A stretch of 64,000 nucleotides of DNA from the NCBI GenBank assembly GCA_030390025.1, contig CM059429.1:145142001-145206000 (forward strand), given 5' to 3'. The translations under genes and the position numbers were made by a program. Of the stretch, positions 25,640 through 36,698 are shown piece by piece (positions within the stretch are counted from its first letter, which is position 1; each line of letters begins with the position of its first letter). The notes under the pieces were generated by a model that ran no database searches, was not told the DNA's origin, and saw only the letters and a list, made by a program, of their open reading frames with translations. This DNA comes from Squalus acanthias. Its lineage: Eukaryota.

Positions 25640-28447
25640 CCCTTTCACCAACCTCTGCCAGCTCTAATCTCAATGTCACAATTTAAAGGGGAAACATTGG
25701 CATGAAAAGCAGTTAAAAAGAATGGTCATTAAATTTAACACAATTTTTCTCTTTGCAGTGTTGAAAAAGATTCATAACTAATACATGTTTGATAAACAAT
25801 TTTCTTGTCAAGAGAAGGTAATACAAGGGTGTTAAGCATTCAGATGTGAACCATGTTGATTGGAAATTCTACCCTCTTTTCTCTTCATACAGTAAATAAG
25901 TATCTTGGTATTCTTATCAATAAAGCTGTGCCTGGCATAATGCGAGATATGATTGAGTAAAATAATATGTAAAGTAAAATAATTCATATTTAAGAAATGC
26001 CACAACTTGTGGAAAGCTGAACATTCTTTGTGCATCATTCACAGGAAATCAGCAATGACAGGGAATACTTATCAATAAGTAACAGTAATCTAATTGTTCA
26101 ATGGATGCAAAGTCTATAGACATAGAGATGAATGTAATGATATTATAAACTGATTTAAAGGCAATCAGTACATACCTATTGACAAGTGATGTGGTGAAGT
26201 TTTAAAACAAAGGAGATGCAAACCATTATGGCAAATCATATGTTCACATTTTGTTATTTCATTTTAATGTGAAACATTTTTAACATAGACCAGTCCTGTA
26301 CATTGAAATGTAAAGAGCACCAGATAGTGAGCAACAGGTTTGAACTTTGATTTATTGTTGAACCCTAAATGCATTTCCTGTGACACATATTCAACAGTGA
26401 GATAATAAAAAGCATATCCATAATGAACTCCAAGTTATGGAAGTCTCATTGTATTTGTTCCGCTACATTTCTAATTTAATGCCTTAAAAAGCCAACTTTC
26501 CTTCTTTAGACTTTTACCTCTTTAACGGGCACAGCTTTGACTTTGAGCGATAGTGTAAAATGGCTGATAGCAAATCGGCAGCCCGTTTTACATCTCTCCT
26601 GATTTTTATTTCCATTGACTTCAGGCAAACCAATCTTGCACTGGGGCCACAAACAGGCGTTAGGCCCCTTATTTGCATATGCAAAGTGCCTAACACCTAT
26701 TTCAGACGATTTTTTATCATTTCCCATATGACGGACTGCACATATATGTGTGCGCTTCCTGCCCACCATATTGGGGGCTTAGTAGACCCATTAGCACCCA
26801 AAGATTGGGCGCTATATGGCCAAATTTTTAGATCAATGTGTCTGGAGCACCTGAGGGAGGTCTATTTAAAAATTATAAATTTTACTTCTTTTCATCTGTA
26901 AGACTTTGGAGGAAACAGTCTTTCATAGTCCTTTCAATGTGATGCTTGCATGTGGGTGAGGTGATATTCCTGCCCATTGTACAGAGTCTGAAAGTCAAGT
27001 CCAGAAACTGGATCTAACTAAAAAACTGATTTCTGAAATTAATCACTGAACTGAAGATCTTGAATATAGTCTGCAGTATATATCCCAGCCCTAAGTAAAG
27101 AAATAAGCATAGCTAAACTAATCATCAAGGATAAAGTTTCCACATTCTGGCTTATCAACAGAACAAAGAACCTGCCTCCAGTTTCACAGATAGCTGTGGT
27201 CTGGCCCCCTTCTTGTAGCTTAATAGAGAAAGATCATTTCCATCTTAACTCTAGTTATTTCTCGAGCACATTTATCCCTGTATTTCATGTTGCATAAAGT
27301 AAGTATAGCACAGAACTTTTTCTTATTTCTTGTAGGACAAAAATTCTGCTTTTATCACACAGAGCAGTACCAAGAAAGAAAAAGAAAGACTTACATTTAT
27401 AAGGCGACTTTCACGACTACCGGACATCTCAAAGCGCTTTACAGCCAATGAAGTACTTTTGGAGTGTAGTAACCAAGGTGGAAAAGAGTAGAAGTAAAGG
27501 TAAATTGAGAATTTGTAAAGTGATACGAAGATTGGGTTTTAAGACTAAGGGAGCTAAGGCAAAGGTGTCCAAACTACAGACTGTGGCCACATGCGGTCCC
27601 CGAATCCCTTGTGATCTGGTGCTTGATGTATAATTCAGAAAAGGAGGCCACTATAACGCCCCTTTCCTCCATTTGGGTATTTACCGCCACTTCTCTGGGC
27701 CTACAGCCACCTCCATACGTCACCTCCTGGGAAGTGGCAGTAAGTGTGGCACAGAGCAGGGAAATCCATTGGAATGCTAGGCCACGCCCTCCCCCCCACG
27801 GTGGGCAGCAAGGAGCGGGCAGTGGCAGTTCCAGCGGGAGACGAAAAATCCCAGTCAGGCAGCGGGGGACCTCAATATTCTCCATCACAATCTCATTTGA
27901 ATTTGGACGGATTTGTAGAGAACATTGACCTCTTTCAAGTCATAATTGTGCAAAAGTAAATGTAATGCCACAGGATTTGAAGGTATATGGCATTCAATGA
28001 CAAGTATAGTATTATCAGGAGGAAGGGATGACAGCAGATTATCAGCAATCAAGTTCTATCATAATTCAGTTGTATGCATTTGAAAGACTGAAAGCACTTA
28101 TGCTTTTAATTTGGAGTCTTGCGAGAGCGTAGCTCAAATGGAGACCTGTGAGCTCTGTGCACCGTCTCTCCTATTTACTGTTGCTCTTACCGTCTCTCAA
28201 AATCATGGCCCATTAGAGGCTGCTTTTAATGCTTCGTGTGTGCCCATGTCTTGACACAAGTTGTAAATCCCATGTTAAAAGATTTTTTATAAAGTTTGTA
28301 CATTTCATCACTTGGATCTGGATGACTGGTTATTTTGTTTACTTGTTTAAAAGAGGTCATGATGTGAAGATGCCGGCGTTGGACTGGGGTGGACAAAAAT
28401 GAGAAGTCGCACAACACCAGGTTATAGTCCAACAGATTTATTTAATT

Positions 28448-28485
28448 TTACAAGCTTTCGGAGCTGTCGCTCCTTCGTCAGGTAA
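28448..28485 (-). ncRNA. Minimal hammerhead ribozyme motif
   Basis: Reverse complement of the 30808-30845 motif. Confidence 0.75.
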
Positions 28486-28777
28486 GTTAGCAATGAGAGA
28501 ATCTCCCAGAATTCACAATTTAAACCCAGACAAAATCTATTCACATTATTCGCTACAACAAAGAGCACAGCCAAGACAATGAGATGTGTCCCAGGGGGTC
28601 CAACGTGTCAAACCACCTGCTGGCTGCATATCCTGTCAATTTGTGTTCTTGTGTTAGCCTTTTTAAAAAAAAAAAAAAAACCCCCAAAAAAAACACCTGG
28701 AAAGACCGGCCATGATGTCAAGTCACGTTCTGTATCGTGACATGAACCCGATATCGCGATTGAGGCCATCCTCATGA

Positions 28778-30565
28778 GTGCGGAACCATCGTCATACAGA
28801 ACAGAACGGACTATTGCAAAGAAGCATACCGACAACTGGACAACCAGGAACACTACAGACAGCTACCCGCAGATCGACCAAAGAACACACCCGCCAACTC
28901 AATAGACTGATCAAGACCTTCGATCCAGACCTTCAAAACATCCTACGCGCTCTCATCCCACGTACTCCCCGCGTAGGAGACTTTTACTGCCTCCCAAAGA
29001 TACACAAAGCCAACACACCCGGACGTCCTATCGTATCAGGCAACGGAACCCTGTGTGAGAACCTCTCTGGGTACGTCGCGGGCATCCTGAAACCCATCGT
29101 ACAGGGAACCCCCAGCTTCTGTCGCGACACTACAGACTTCTTGCAGAAACTCAGCACCCATGGACCAGTTGAACCAGGAACACTCCTCGTCACAATGGAC
29201 GTATCGGCACTCTACACCAATATCCCCCACAATGACGGCATCGCTGCGACAGCCTCAGTACTCAACACCAACAACAGCCAATCTCCGGACGCCATCTTAC
29301 AACTCATCCGCTTCATCCTTGACCACAATGTCTTCACCTTCGACAACCATTTTTTCACCCAAACACACGGAACAGCCATGGGGACCAAATTCGCACCCCA
29401 ATACGCCAACATCTTCATGCACAAGTTCGAGCAAGACTTCTTCGCTGCACAGGACCTCCAACCAACGCTGTACACCAGATACATCGACGACATCTTCTTC
29501 CTTTGGACCCACGGCGAAGGATCACTGAAAGGACTACACGATAGCATCAACAGGTTCCATCCCACCATCAAACTCACCATGGACTACTCCTCAGAATCGG
29601 TTTCATTCTTGGACACACGAATCTCCATCAAAGACGGACGCCTCAGCACTTCACTCTACCGCAAGCCCACGGACAACCTCACGATGCTCCACTTCTCCAG
29701 CTTCCACCCTAACCACGTTAAAGAAGCCATCCCCTATGGACAAGCCCTGCGAATACACAGGATCTGCTCAGACGAGGAGGAACGCGATGGACACCTACGG
29801 ACACTGAAAGACGCTCTCGTAAGAACGGGATATGACGCTCGACTCGTCGATCGACAGTTCCGACGGGCCACAGCGAAAAACCGCATAGACCTCCTCAGAA
29901 GACGAACACAGGACACAACCAACAGAGTACCCTACGTCGTCCAGTACTTCCCCGGAGCGGAAAAACTACGCCATGTTCTTCGCAGCCTTCAACATGTCAT
30001 CGATGACGACGAACACCTTGCTAAGGCCATCCCCACGCCTCCACTACTCGCCTTCAAGCAGCCGCCTAACCTCAAAAGTACCATCGTTCGCAGCAGATTA
30101 CCCATCTTTCAGGAGAACAGCAACCAAGACACCACACAACCCTGCCACGGCAACCTCTGCAAGACATGCCAAATCATGGACACAGATACCATCATTACAC
30201 GTGAGGACACTACCCACCAGGTACACGGTACATACTCATGTGACTCGGCCAACGTTGTCTACCTGATACGTTGCAGTAAAGGATGCTCCAGAGCATGGTA
30301 CATCGGCGAGACCATGCAGACACTGAGACAACGTATGAACGGACACCGCGCAACAATCGCCAGGCAGGAGGGTTGCCTCCCAGTCGGGGAACAGTTCAGC
30401 AGCCAGGGGCATTCAGCCTCGGATCTGCGGGTAAGCGTTCTCCAAGGCGGCCTTCGAGATACACGACAGCGCAAAATCATAGAGCAGAAACTGATAGCCA
30501 AGTTCCGCACTCATGAGGATGGCCTCAATCGCGATATCGGGTTCATGTCACGATACAGAACGTGA
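28778..30565 (+). CDS. Penelope-like RT + GIY-YIG endonuclease ORF (N-terminally truncated)
   Basis: LPKIHK..PGRPIVS, TMDVSALYTNIP, GTAMG, RYIDD, CHGNLCKTC linker, NVVY.IRC...YIGET..LRQR...H. The first ~32 aa of the ORF-track protein are artefactual (inversion junction at 28786, 1-bp frameshift at ~28875). Confidence 0.9.
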   Translation: MRNHRHTEQNGLLQRSIPTTGQPGTLQTATRRSTKEHTRQLNRLIKTFDPDLQNILRALIPRTPRVGDFYCLPKIHKANTPGRPIVSGNGTLCENLSGYVAGILKPIVQGTPSFCRDTTDFLQKLSTHGPVEPGTLLVTMDVSALYTNIPHNDGIAATASVLNTNNSQSPDAILQLIRFILDHNVFTFDNHFFTQTHGTAMGTKFAPQYANIFMHKFEQDFFAAQDLQPTLYTRYIDDIFFLWTHGEGSLKGLHDSINRFHPTIKLTMDYSSESVSFLDTRISIKDGRLSTSLYRKPTDNLTMLHFSSFHPNHVKEAIPYGQALRIHRICSDEEERDGHLRTLKDALVRTGYDARLVDRQFRRATAKNRIDLLRRRTQDTTNRVPYVVQYFPGAEKLRHVLRSLQHVIDDDEHLAKAIPTPPLLAFKQPPNLKSTIVRSRLPIFQENSNQDTTQPCHGNLCKTCQIMDTDTIITREDTTHQVHGTYSCDSANVVYLIRCSKGCSRAWYIGETMQTLRQRMNGHRATIARQEGCLPVGEQFSSQGHSASDLRVSVLQGGLRDTRQRKIIEQKLIAKFRTHEDGLNRDIGFMSRYRT

Positions 30566-30807
30566 CTTGACATCATGGCCGGTCTTTCCAGGTGTTTTTT
30601 TTGGGTTTTTTTTTTTGGTTTTTTTTTTAAAAAGGCTAACACAAGAACACAAATTGACAGGATATGCAGCCAGCAGGTGGTTTGACACGTTGGACCCCCT
30701 GGGACACATCTCATTGTCTTGGCTGTGCTCTTTGTTGTAGCGAATAATGTGAATAGATTTTGTCTGGGTTTAAATTGTGAATTCTGGGAGATTCTCTCAT
30801 TGCTAAC

Positions 30808-30845
30808 TTACCTGACGAAGGAGCGACAGCTCCGAAAGCTTGTAA
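30808..30845 (+). ncRNA. Minimal type I hammerhead ribozyme motif
   Basis: TTAC-CTGACGA-A-GGAGC gaca GCTCC-GAAA-GCTT-GTAA: catalytic boxes CUGANGA and GAAA, stem II, stem I TTAC/GTAA, palindromic AAGCTT stem III. Confidence 0.8.
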
Positions 30846-31031
30846 AATTAAATAAATCTGTTGGACTATAACCTGGTGTTGTGCGACTTCTCATTTTTGT
30901 TTAAAAGAAGTATTTATTTAAACTTTTATGCCAGGAATTGGTGTAGAGCCATCTGTGTGTGTCTGCGCACTTTTATGATCACATGAATTAGCATTACAAT
31001 ACGAGGAGCTAACACCTAATTTGATGGTGGC

Positions 31032-31216
31032 CATGATGCGGAGATGCCGGTGTTGGACTGGGGTGGACAAAAGTGAGAAGTCGCACAACACCAGGTTATA
31101 GTCCAACAGCTTTATTTGACATCACAAGCTTTCGGAGCGCTGCTCCTTCGTCAGGTGCTCCTTCTTGTGATTTCAAATAAAGCTGTTGGACTATAACCTG
31201 GTGTTGTGCGACTTCT
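31032..31216. mobile_element. Minimal Penelope fold-back insertion
   Basis: Same CATGATG terminus as 28358, inverted arms, TSD CACCTAATTTGATGG (31013-31027, 31217-31231). Confidence 0.88.
31123..31157 (-). ncRNA. Minimal hammerhead ribozyme motif, sense to the receptor transcript
   Basis: Minus strand CAC-CTGACGA-A-GGAGC agc GCTCC-GAAA-GCTT-GTG, followed by AATAAA at 31116-31111. Confidence 0.75.
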
Positions 31217-31602
31217 CACCTAATTTGATGGCAGCTCAGGGTCTGTGCTGCCATTGGAACTCTGAGGGTCTCCTCTTTTACGATGACAGAACTGTTCATT
31301 TGCCATCAACAATATTCTTTCAAGGTAAAATTGCCTTAAGATGGCATTCCCACCAGGTGACTATTCATTCAGTGTCAAAGCATAAAACAGCTGTCTGATA
31401 ATAATTATTGAAGTAATAATTTGCTGACATCACCTGTAAGAATTTGTAAAACAGCACAAAATGTGTGAAGCGTTAAGCATTGGTTATGGTCCTACAAGGT
31501 GAGAAAGGTCAAATTTTCTCAAAGTGAAGTATAGGAGCTTTTGAACATTTCAAGTAATACGATAGACTGAGCAGACAGCCTTTAATTAAACAGATAGTCA
31601 GT

Positions 31603-31742
31603 TCATATATCATAAGGGTGCTGTTGGCCAAGCAGTGAGTATATGACATCATTATCATTGTTAGATTGCTCTCTCGCTGGGTCTCTCGCATTTTGTTCAC
31701 TTTCAGGCGTGGCTGTTCTCCTTGATAATAAAACCTTTTTTT
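31603..31742 (-). CDS. Terminal cytoplasmic exon (ITIM) of the VJ-C1 receptor
   Basis: Acceptor tttgttgcAG at 31744-31743. Phase-1 frame (not the ORF-track frame) reads KKKVLLSRRTATPESEQNARDPAREQSNNDNDVIYSLLGQQHPYDI*. VIYSLL fits (S/I/V/L)xYxx(I/V/L). Confidence 0.78.
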
Positions 31743-32061
31743 CTGCAACAAATCAAACAGGAAAATTCTTAGAGGAGTTCAGTAAACAAAACAACCCAAC
31801 CCATTGCTAACGACATGAAACTAGGTGGGGTTGTGAGTTGTGAGGAGGATGCAAAGAGGCTTCAAGGCAATTTAGACAAGTTGAGTGAATGGGCAAATAC
31901 ATGGCAGATGCAGTATAACGTGGATAAATGTGAAGTTATCCACTTTGGAAGGAAAAACAGAAATGGTGATAGATTGGGAAATCTTGATGTACAAAGGGAC
32001 CTGGGTGTCCATGTACACCAGGTCACTGAAAGCAAACATGCAGGTGCAGCAAGCAGTTAGG

Positions 32062-35000
32062 TTTAAACAGAGTGCTGCGAGTTGGGTGAGTCAGGGAGTT
32101 AGGTGAGGAGTGGAAGGAGGAGCTCCCTTGCTTCGCCTTTGTTTTTCCTAACTTTTCACCCTGTAGGAATTGGTTCTTACTTTACACCAAGGAAAGAGTC
32201 CGAGAGCGGGAGCAATCAAACAACAACAACTGCGAAACCGCTAAAGTGACGTCACAACCAGGGAAGGAGCTGATTGGTAAGTAGGACTTGGTGAGTATTT
32301 CTACAGTCCAGTCGTTAAAGTAAAAGTAAGGTCTCTAGTTTAGAGTAAGTAGTGTTTAAAGGGAAGTAAGGTCCCTAGTGTATTTAATATTCTTTAATTT
32401 AAAGGAAGTAAAGGGTGTAAATTAAGGGTAGGACATGGCAGGGCAGCTCAGCAGCATGGAGTGCTCCTCCTGTGCTATGTGGGGAATCAGGGACACTTTC
32501 GGTGTCCAGGGCGAACACATGTGCAAGAAGTGTCTCTAGCTACAGCTACTCGAAATCTGTGTTTCAGAGCTGGAGCTGCGGCTGGAGTCACTGTGGAGCA
32601 TCCGCAAAGCTGAGATCTTCGTGGATAGCACGTTTAACGAGGTGGTCACACCGCAGGTAAAGAGTGCACAGGCAGACAGAAAATGGGTGACCGCCAGACA
32701 GAGTAAAAGAACTAGGAAGGTAGTGCAGGAGTCCCCTGGGTCCATCTCCCTCTCCAACAGATTTTCCATTTTGGATACTGCTGGGGGAGATGGTTTCTCA
32801 GGGGAATGCAGCAAGAGCCAAGTCCGTGGCACAACGAGTGGCTTAGCTGCACAGGAGGGGAAGAAAAAGAGTGGGAGAGCAATAGTGATAGGGGGATTCT
32901 AACGTAAGGGGAACAGATAGACGTTTCTGTGGCCGCAGGCATGACTCCAGGATGGTATGTTGCCTCCCTGGTGCCAAGGTCAAGGATGTCACTGAACGGC
33001 TGCAGGGCATTCTGAAGGGGGAGGGCGAACAGTCAGAGGTCGTGGTTCACATTGGTACCAACGACATGGGTAGAAAGAGGGATGAGGTCCTGCAACAAGA
33101 ATTTAGGGAGCTAGGTAGCAGATTAAAAAGCAGGACCTCAAAGGTTGTAATCTCTGGATTACTGCCGGTGCCACATGCTAGTGAGTATAGGAATAGGAGG
33201 ATAGAACAGATGAATGCGTGGCTAAAGAGTTGGTGCAGGAGGGAGGGCTTTAGTTTCCTGGATCACTGGGTCTGCTTCTGGGGAAGGTGGGACCTGTACA
33301 AGTCGGACGGGTTGCACCTGAACTGGAACGGGACCAACATCCTTGTGGGGAGGTTTGCTAGTACTGTTGGGGGGGGGTTTAAACTAACTTGGCAGGGGGA
33401 TGGGATATGGAGTGGAGCTATAGTAGGGGGTGATGCACAGTCAAATATAGAGGAAAAAACAAGTCAGTCTGGAAGGCAGAGCAAATATGTAATGGCACAA
33501 GAGAGTATGGCAAGGCTGGATGGCATTTATTTTAATGCAAGGAGTCTTGCAAGTAAGGCAGATGAATTGAAGGTGTTGATGAACACATGGGAGTATGATA
33601 TTGTTGCTATCACAGAGACATGGTTGAGGGAGGGGCAGGACTGGCAGCTCAATATTCCGGGGTATAAAATCTTCAGGCGAGACAGAGGGGGGTGTAAAAG
33701 AGGAGGGGGTGTCGCAATATTAATCAAGGAGTCAATTACTGCTGTAAGGAGGGATGATATCTTTGCAGCTTCCTCTAATGAGGCCATATGGGTAGAACTT
33801 AAAAACAAAAAGGGGGCAAGCACTTTGCTGAGAGTGTACTATAGGCCCCCAAACAGTCAGGGGTTGATAGAGGAACAGATATGTAGGCAAATCTCAGAGA
33901 AGTGTAAAAATAATAGGGTAATAATAGTAGGGGATTTCAACTTCCCCAATATTAACTGGGATAGTCAGAATGTGAAAGGCTTAGAGGGTGCAGAATTCTT
34001 AAAGTGCATCCAGGAGAGCTTTTTGAGCCAGCATGTAGAAAGTCCTGCAAGAGAGGGGGTGGTACTGGACCTAATTCCAGGGAATGTAGCCGGGCAAGTG
34101 GTAGAAGTGTCAGTAGGAGAGCATTTTGGTGACAGTGACCATAATTCGGTGAGATTTAAGGTAGTCATGCAAAAGGACAAAGATGGACCGGAAATAAAGG
34201 TTTTAAATTGGGGGAAGGCCGATTTTAATATGATAAGGCAGGATCTTGCTAAAGTGGACTGGGATCAGCTACTTATAGGAAAATGCACATCAGAGCAGTG
34301 GGAGTCTTTCAGAAAGGAAATAAAGAGAGTACAACGCCAACATGTTCCCGTAAAGGTCAAGGGTGGGACCAACAAGCCCAGGGAACCCTGGATGTCAAGG
34401 GATATACAAGAATGGATTAGGAAAAAAAGGGAGGCTTTTGGCAGATACAAAGGACTAAAAACAATGGAAGCCCTAGAGGAGTATAGAAAGTGTGGGGGGG
34501 TACTTAAAAAAGAAATTAGGAGAGCGAAGAGGGGGCATGAAAAAACACTGGCGGGCAAAATAAAGGAAAATCCCAAGGTGTTTTATAAGTATATTAAGGG
34601 CAAGAGGATAACCAGGGAAAGAGTAGGGCCCATTCGGGACCAAAGTGGCAATCTGTGTGTAGAGCCGGAAGATGTGGGTGAGGTTTTAAATGAATATTTT
34701 GCATCTGTGTTCACTATGGAGAAGGACGATGTAGGCATAGAAATCAGGCAGGGGGATTGTGATATACTTGAACAAATTAGTATTGAGAGGGAGGAGGTAC
34801 TAACGGTTTTAGTGGGCTTAAAAGTGGATAAATCCCCAGGCCCAGACGAGATGTATCCCAGGCTGCTGTGTGAGGCAAGGGAGGAGATTGCAGGGGCTCT
34901 GACACAAATTTTCAGAACCTCTCTGGCCACAGGGGAGGTCATGATGCGGAGATGCCGGTGTTGGACTGGGGTGGACAAAATTGAGAGGTCGCACAGCACC

Positions 35001-36698
35001 AGGTTATAGTCCAACAGTTTTATTTGAAATCACAAGCTTTCAGAGCTTACTACTCCTTCGTCGGGTGAAGTAAAAAGATACAGAATCGCCAAAGCATATA
35101 TAGATAGAGAACAATGCATGTGTACCTTACAATTGCAGACAACTAAATTAAATCATCCTGACTACCTCGGCAGATAGTCAGGATGATTTAATTTAGTTGT
35201 CTGCAATTGTAAGGTACACATGCATTGTTCTCTATCTATATATGCTTTGGCGATTCTGTATCTTTTTACTTCACCCGACGAAGGAGTAGTAAGCTCTGAA
35301 AGCTTGTGATTTCAAATAAAACTGTTGGACTATAACCTGGTGTTGTGCGACCTCTCAATTTTGTCCACAGGGGAGGTGCCAGAGGACTGGAGAACAGCTA
35401 ACGTAGTACCATTATTCAAGAAGGGTAGTAGGGATAATCCAGGGAATTACAGGCCAGTGAGCCTAACATCAGTGGTTGGGAAATTATTGGAAAAAATTCT
35501 GAGGGACAGAATTAGTCTCCACTTGGAGAGGCAAGGATTAATCAAGGATAGTCAGCATGGCTTTGTCAGGGGGAGATCATGTCTAACCAATTTGATTGAA
35601 TTTTTCGGAAGTGGTGACTAGGTGTGTGGATGAGAGTAGTGCAGTTGATGTAGTCTACATGGACTTCAATAAGGCTTTTGACAAAGTCCCACATGGGAGA
35701 CTGGTCAAGAATATAAGAGCCCATGGGATCCAGGGCAATTTGGCACATTGGATCCAAAATTGGCTTAGTGGCAGGAGGCAGAGGGTGATGGTCGAAGGTT
35801 ATTTTTGTGACTGGAATCCTGTGTCCAGTGGTGTACTGCAGGGATCAGTGCTGGGTCCTTTGCTGTTTGTAGTGTACATTAATGATTTAGATATGAATGT
35901 AGGAGGTATGATCAGTAAGTTCGCAGATAACAAGGCAAGGGAATACAAAATGAATGGTAGGACCCTAGGAAGGACAGAGTATCAGTGGGACCTTGGTGTG
36001 CATGTACATAGATCCCTGAAGGCAGCAGGACAGGTAGATAAGGTGGTTAAAAAGGCATATGGGATACTTGCCTTCATTAGCCGAGGCATAGAATATAAGA
36101 GCAGGGAGGTTATGATGGAGCTGTACAGAACGCTAGTTAGGCCACAGCTGGAATACTGTGTGCAGTTCTGGTCACCACACTATAGGAAGATGTGATTGCA
36201 TTGGAGAGGGTGCAGAGGAGATTCACCAGGATGTTACCTGGGCTGGAGCGCTTCAGCTATGAAGAGAGACTGGACAGGCTGGGGTTGTTTTCCTTAGAGC
36301 AGAGAAGGCTGAGGGGGGACCTGATTGAGGTGTACAAAATTATGAGGGGCATAGATAAGGTAGATAGAAAGGAACTTTTCCCCTTAGTAGAGGGATCAGT
36401 AACCAGGGGGCATAGTTTCAAGGTAAGGGGCAGGAGGTTTAGAGGGGATTTGAGGGAAAACCTTTTCACCCAGAGGGTGGTTGGAATCTGGAATTCACTG
36501 CCTGAAAGGGTGGTAGAGGCAGGAACCCTCATAACATTCAAGAAGCATTTAGATGAGCACTTGAAATGCCATAGCATACAAGGCTATGGACCAAGTGCTG
36601 GAAAATGGGATTAGAATAGACAGGGCTTGATGGCTGGCACAGACACGATGGGCCGAAGGGCCTCTTTCTGTGCTGTATAATTCTATGACTCTGACTCT
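32062..36698 (+). mobile_element. Near-full-length CR1 LINE (ORF1 with Cys motifs + SGNH esterase; ORF2 APE + RT)
   Basis: ORF1 remnants CSSC..CKKC, VVVHIGTND, DGLHLN. ORF2 YFNARS, ITETW, GDFN.P, SDH, NYRPVSLTS, DF.KAFDKVPH, QGSVLGP. Internal deletion at ~35930, ttctatgactctgactct tail. Confidence 0.93.
34940..35364. mobile_element. Penelope fold-back insertion (near-perfect palindrome) with two hammerhead motifs
   Basis: Arms 34971-35164 / 35175-35368, 10-nt loop. TSD CCACAGGGGAGGT (34927-34939, 35365-35377). Motifs at ~35030-35068(-) and ~35271-35309(+) have the variant core CCGACGA. Confidence 0.9.

Larger units (their letters stand above)
28358..30900 (+). mobile_element. Penelope-like retroelement (Neptune-like), 5'-truncated, with an inverted 3' copy
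   Basis: 28393-28786 is the reverse complement of 30502-30900. TSD TTGTTTAAAAGA(G/A)GT at 28343-28357 and 30897-30911. Confidence 0.93.

Noticed and set aside
31509-31751. ORF-track 80-aa protein MLQKKRFYY...
   Set aside because: Wrong frame. The phase-1 frame required by the TM exon gives the ITIM-containing tail.
32952-35009. 685-aa ORF as a novel esterase-endonuclease fusion gene
   Set aside because: It is CR1 ORF1 running into ORF2 and ending in the Penelope insertion, so a transposon by-product.
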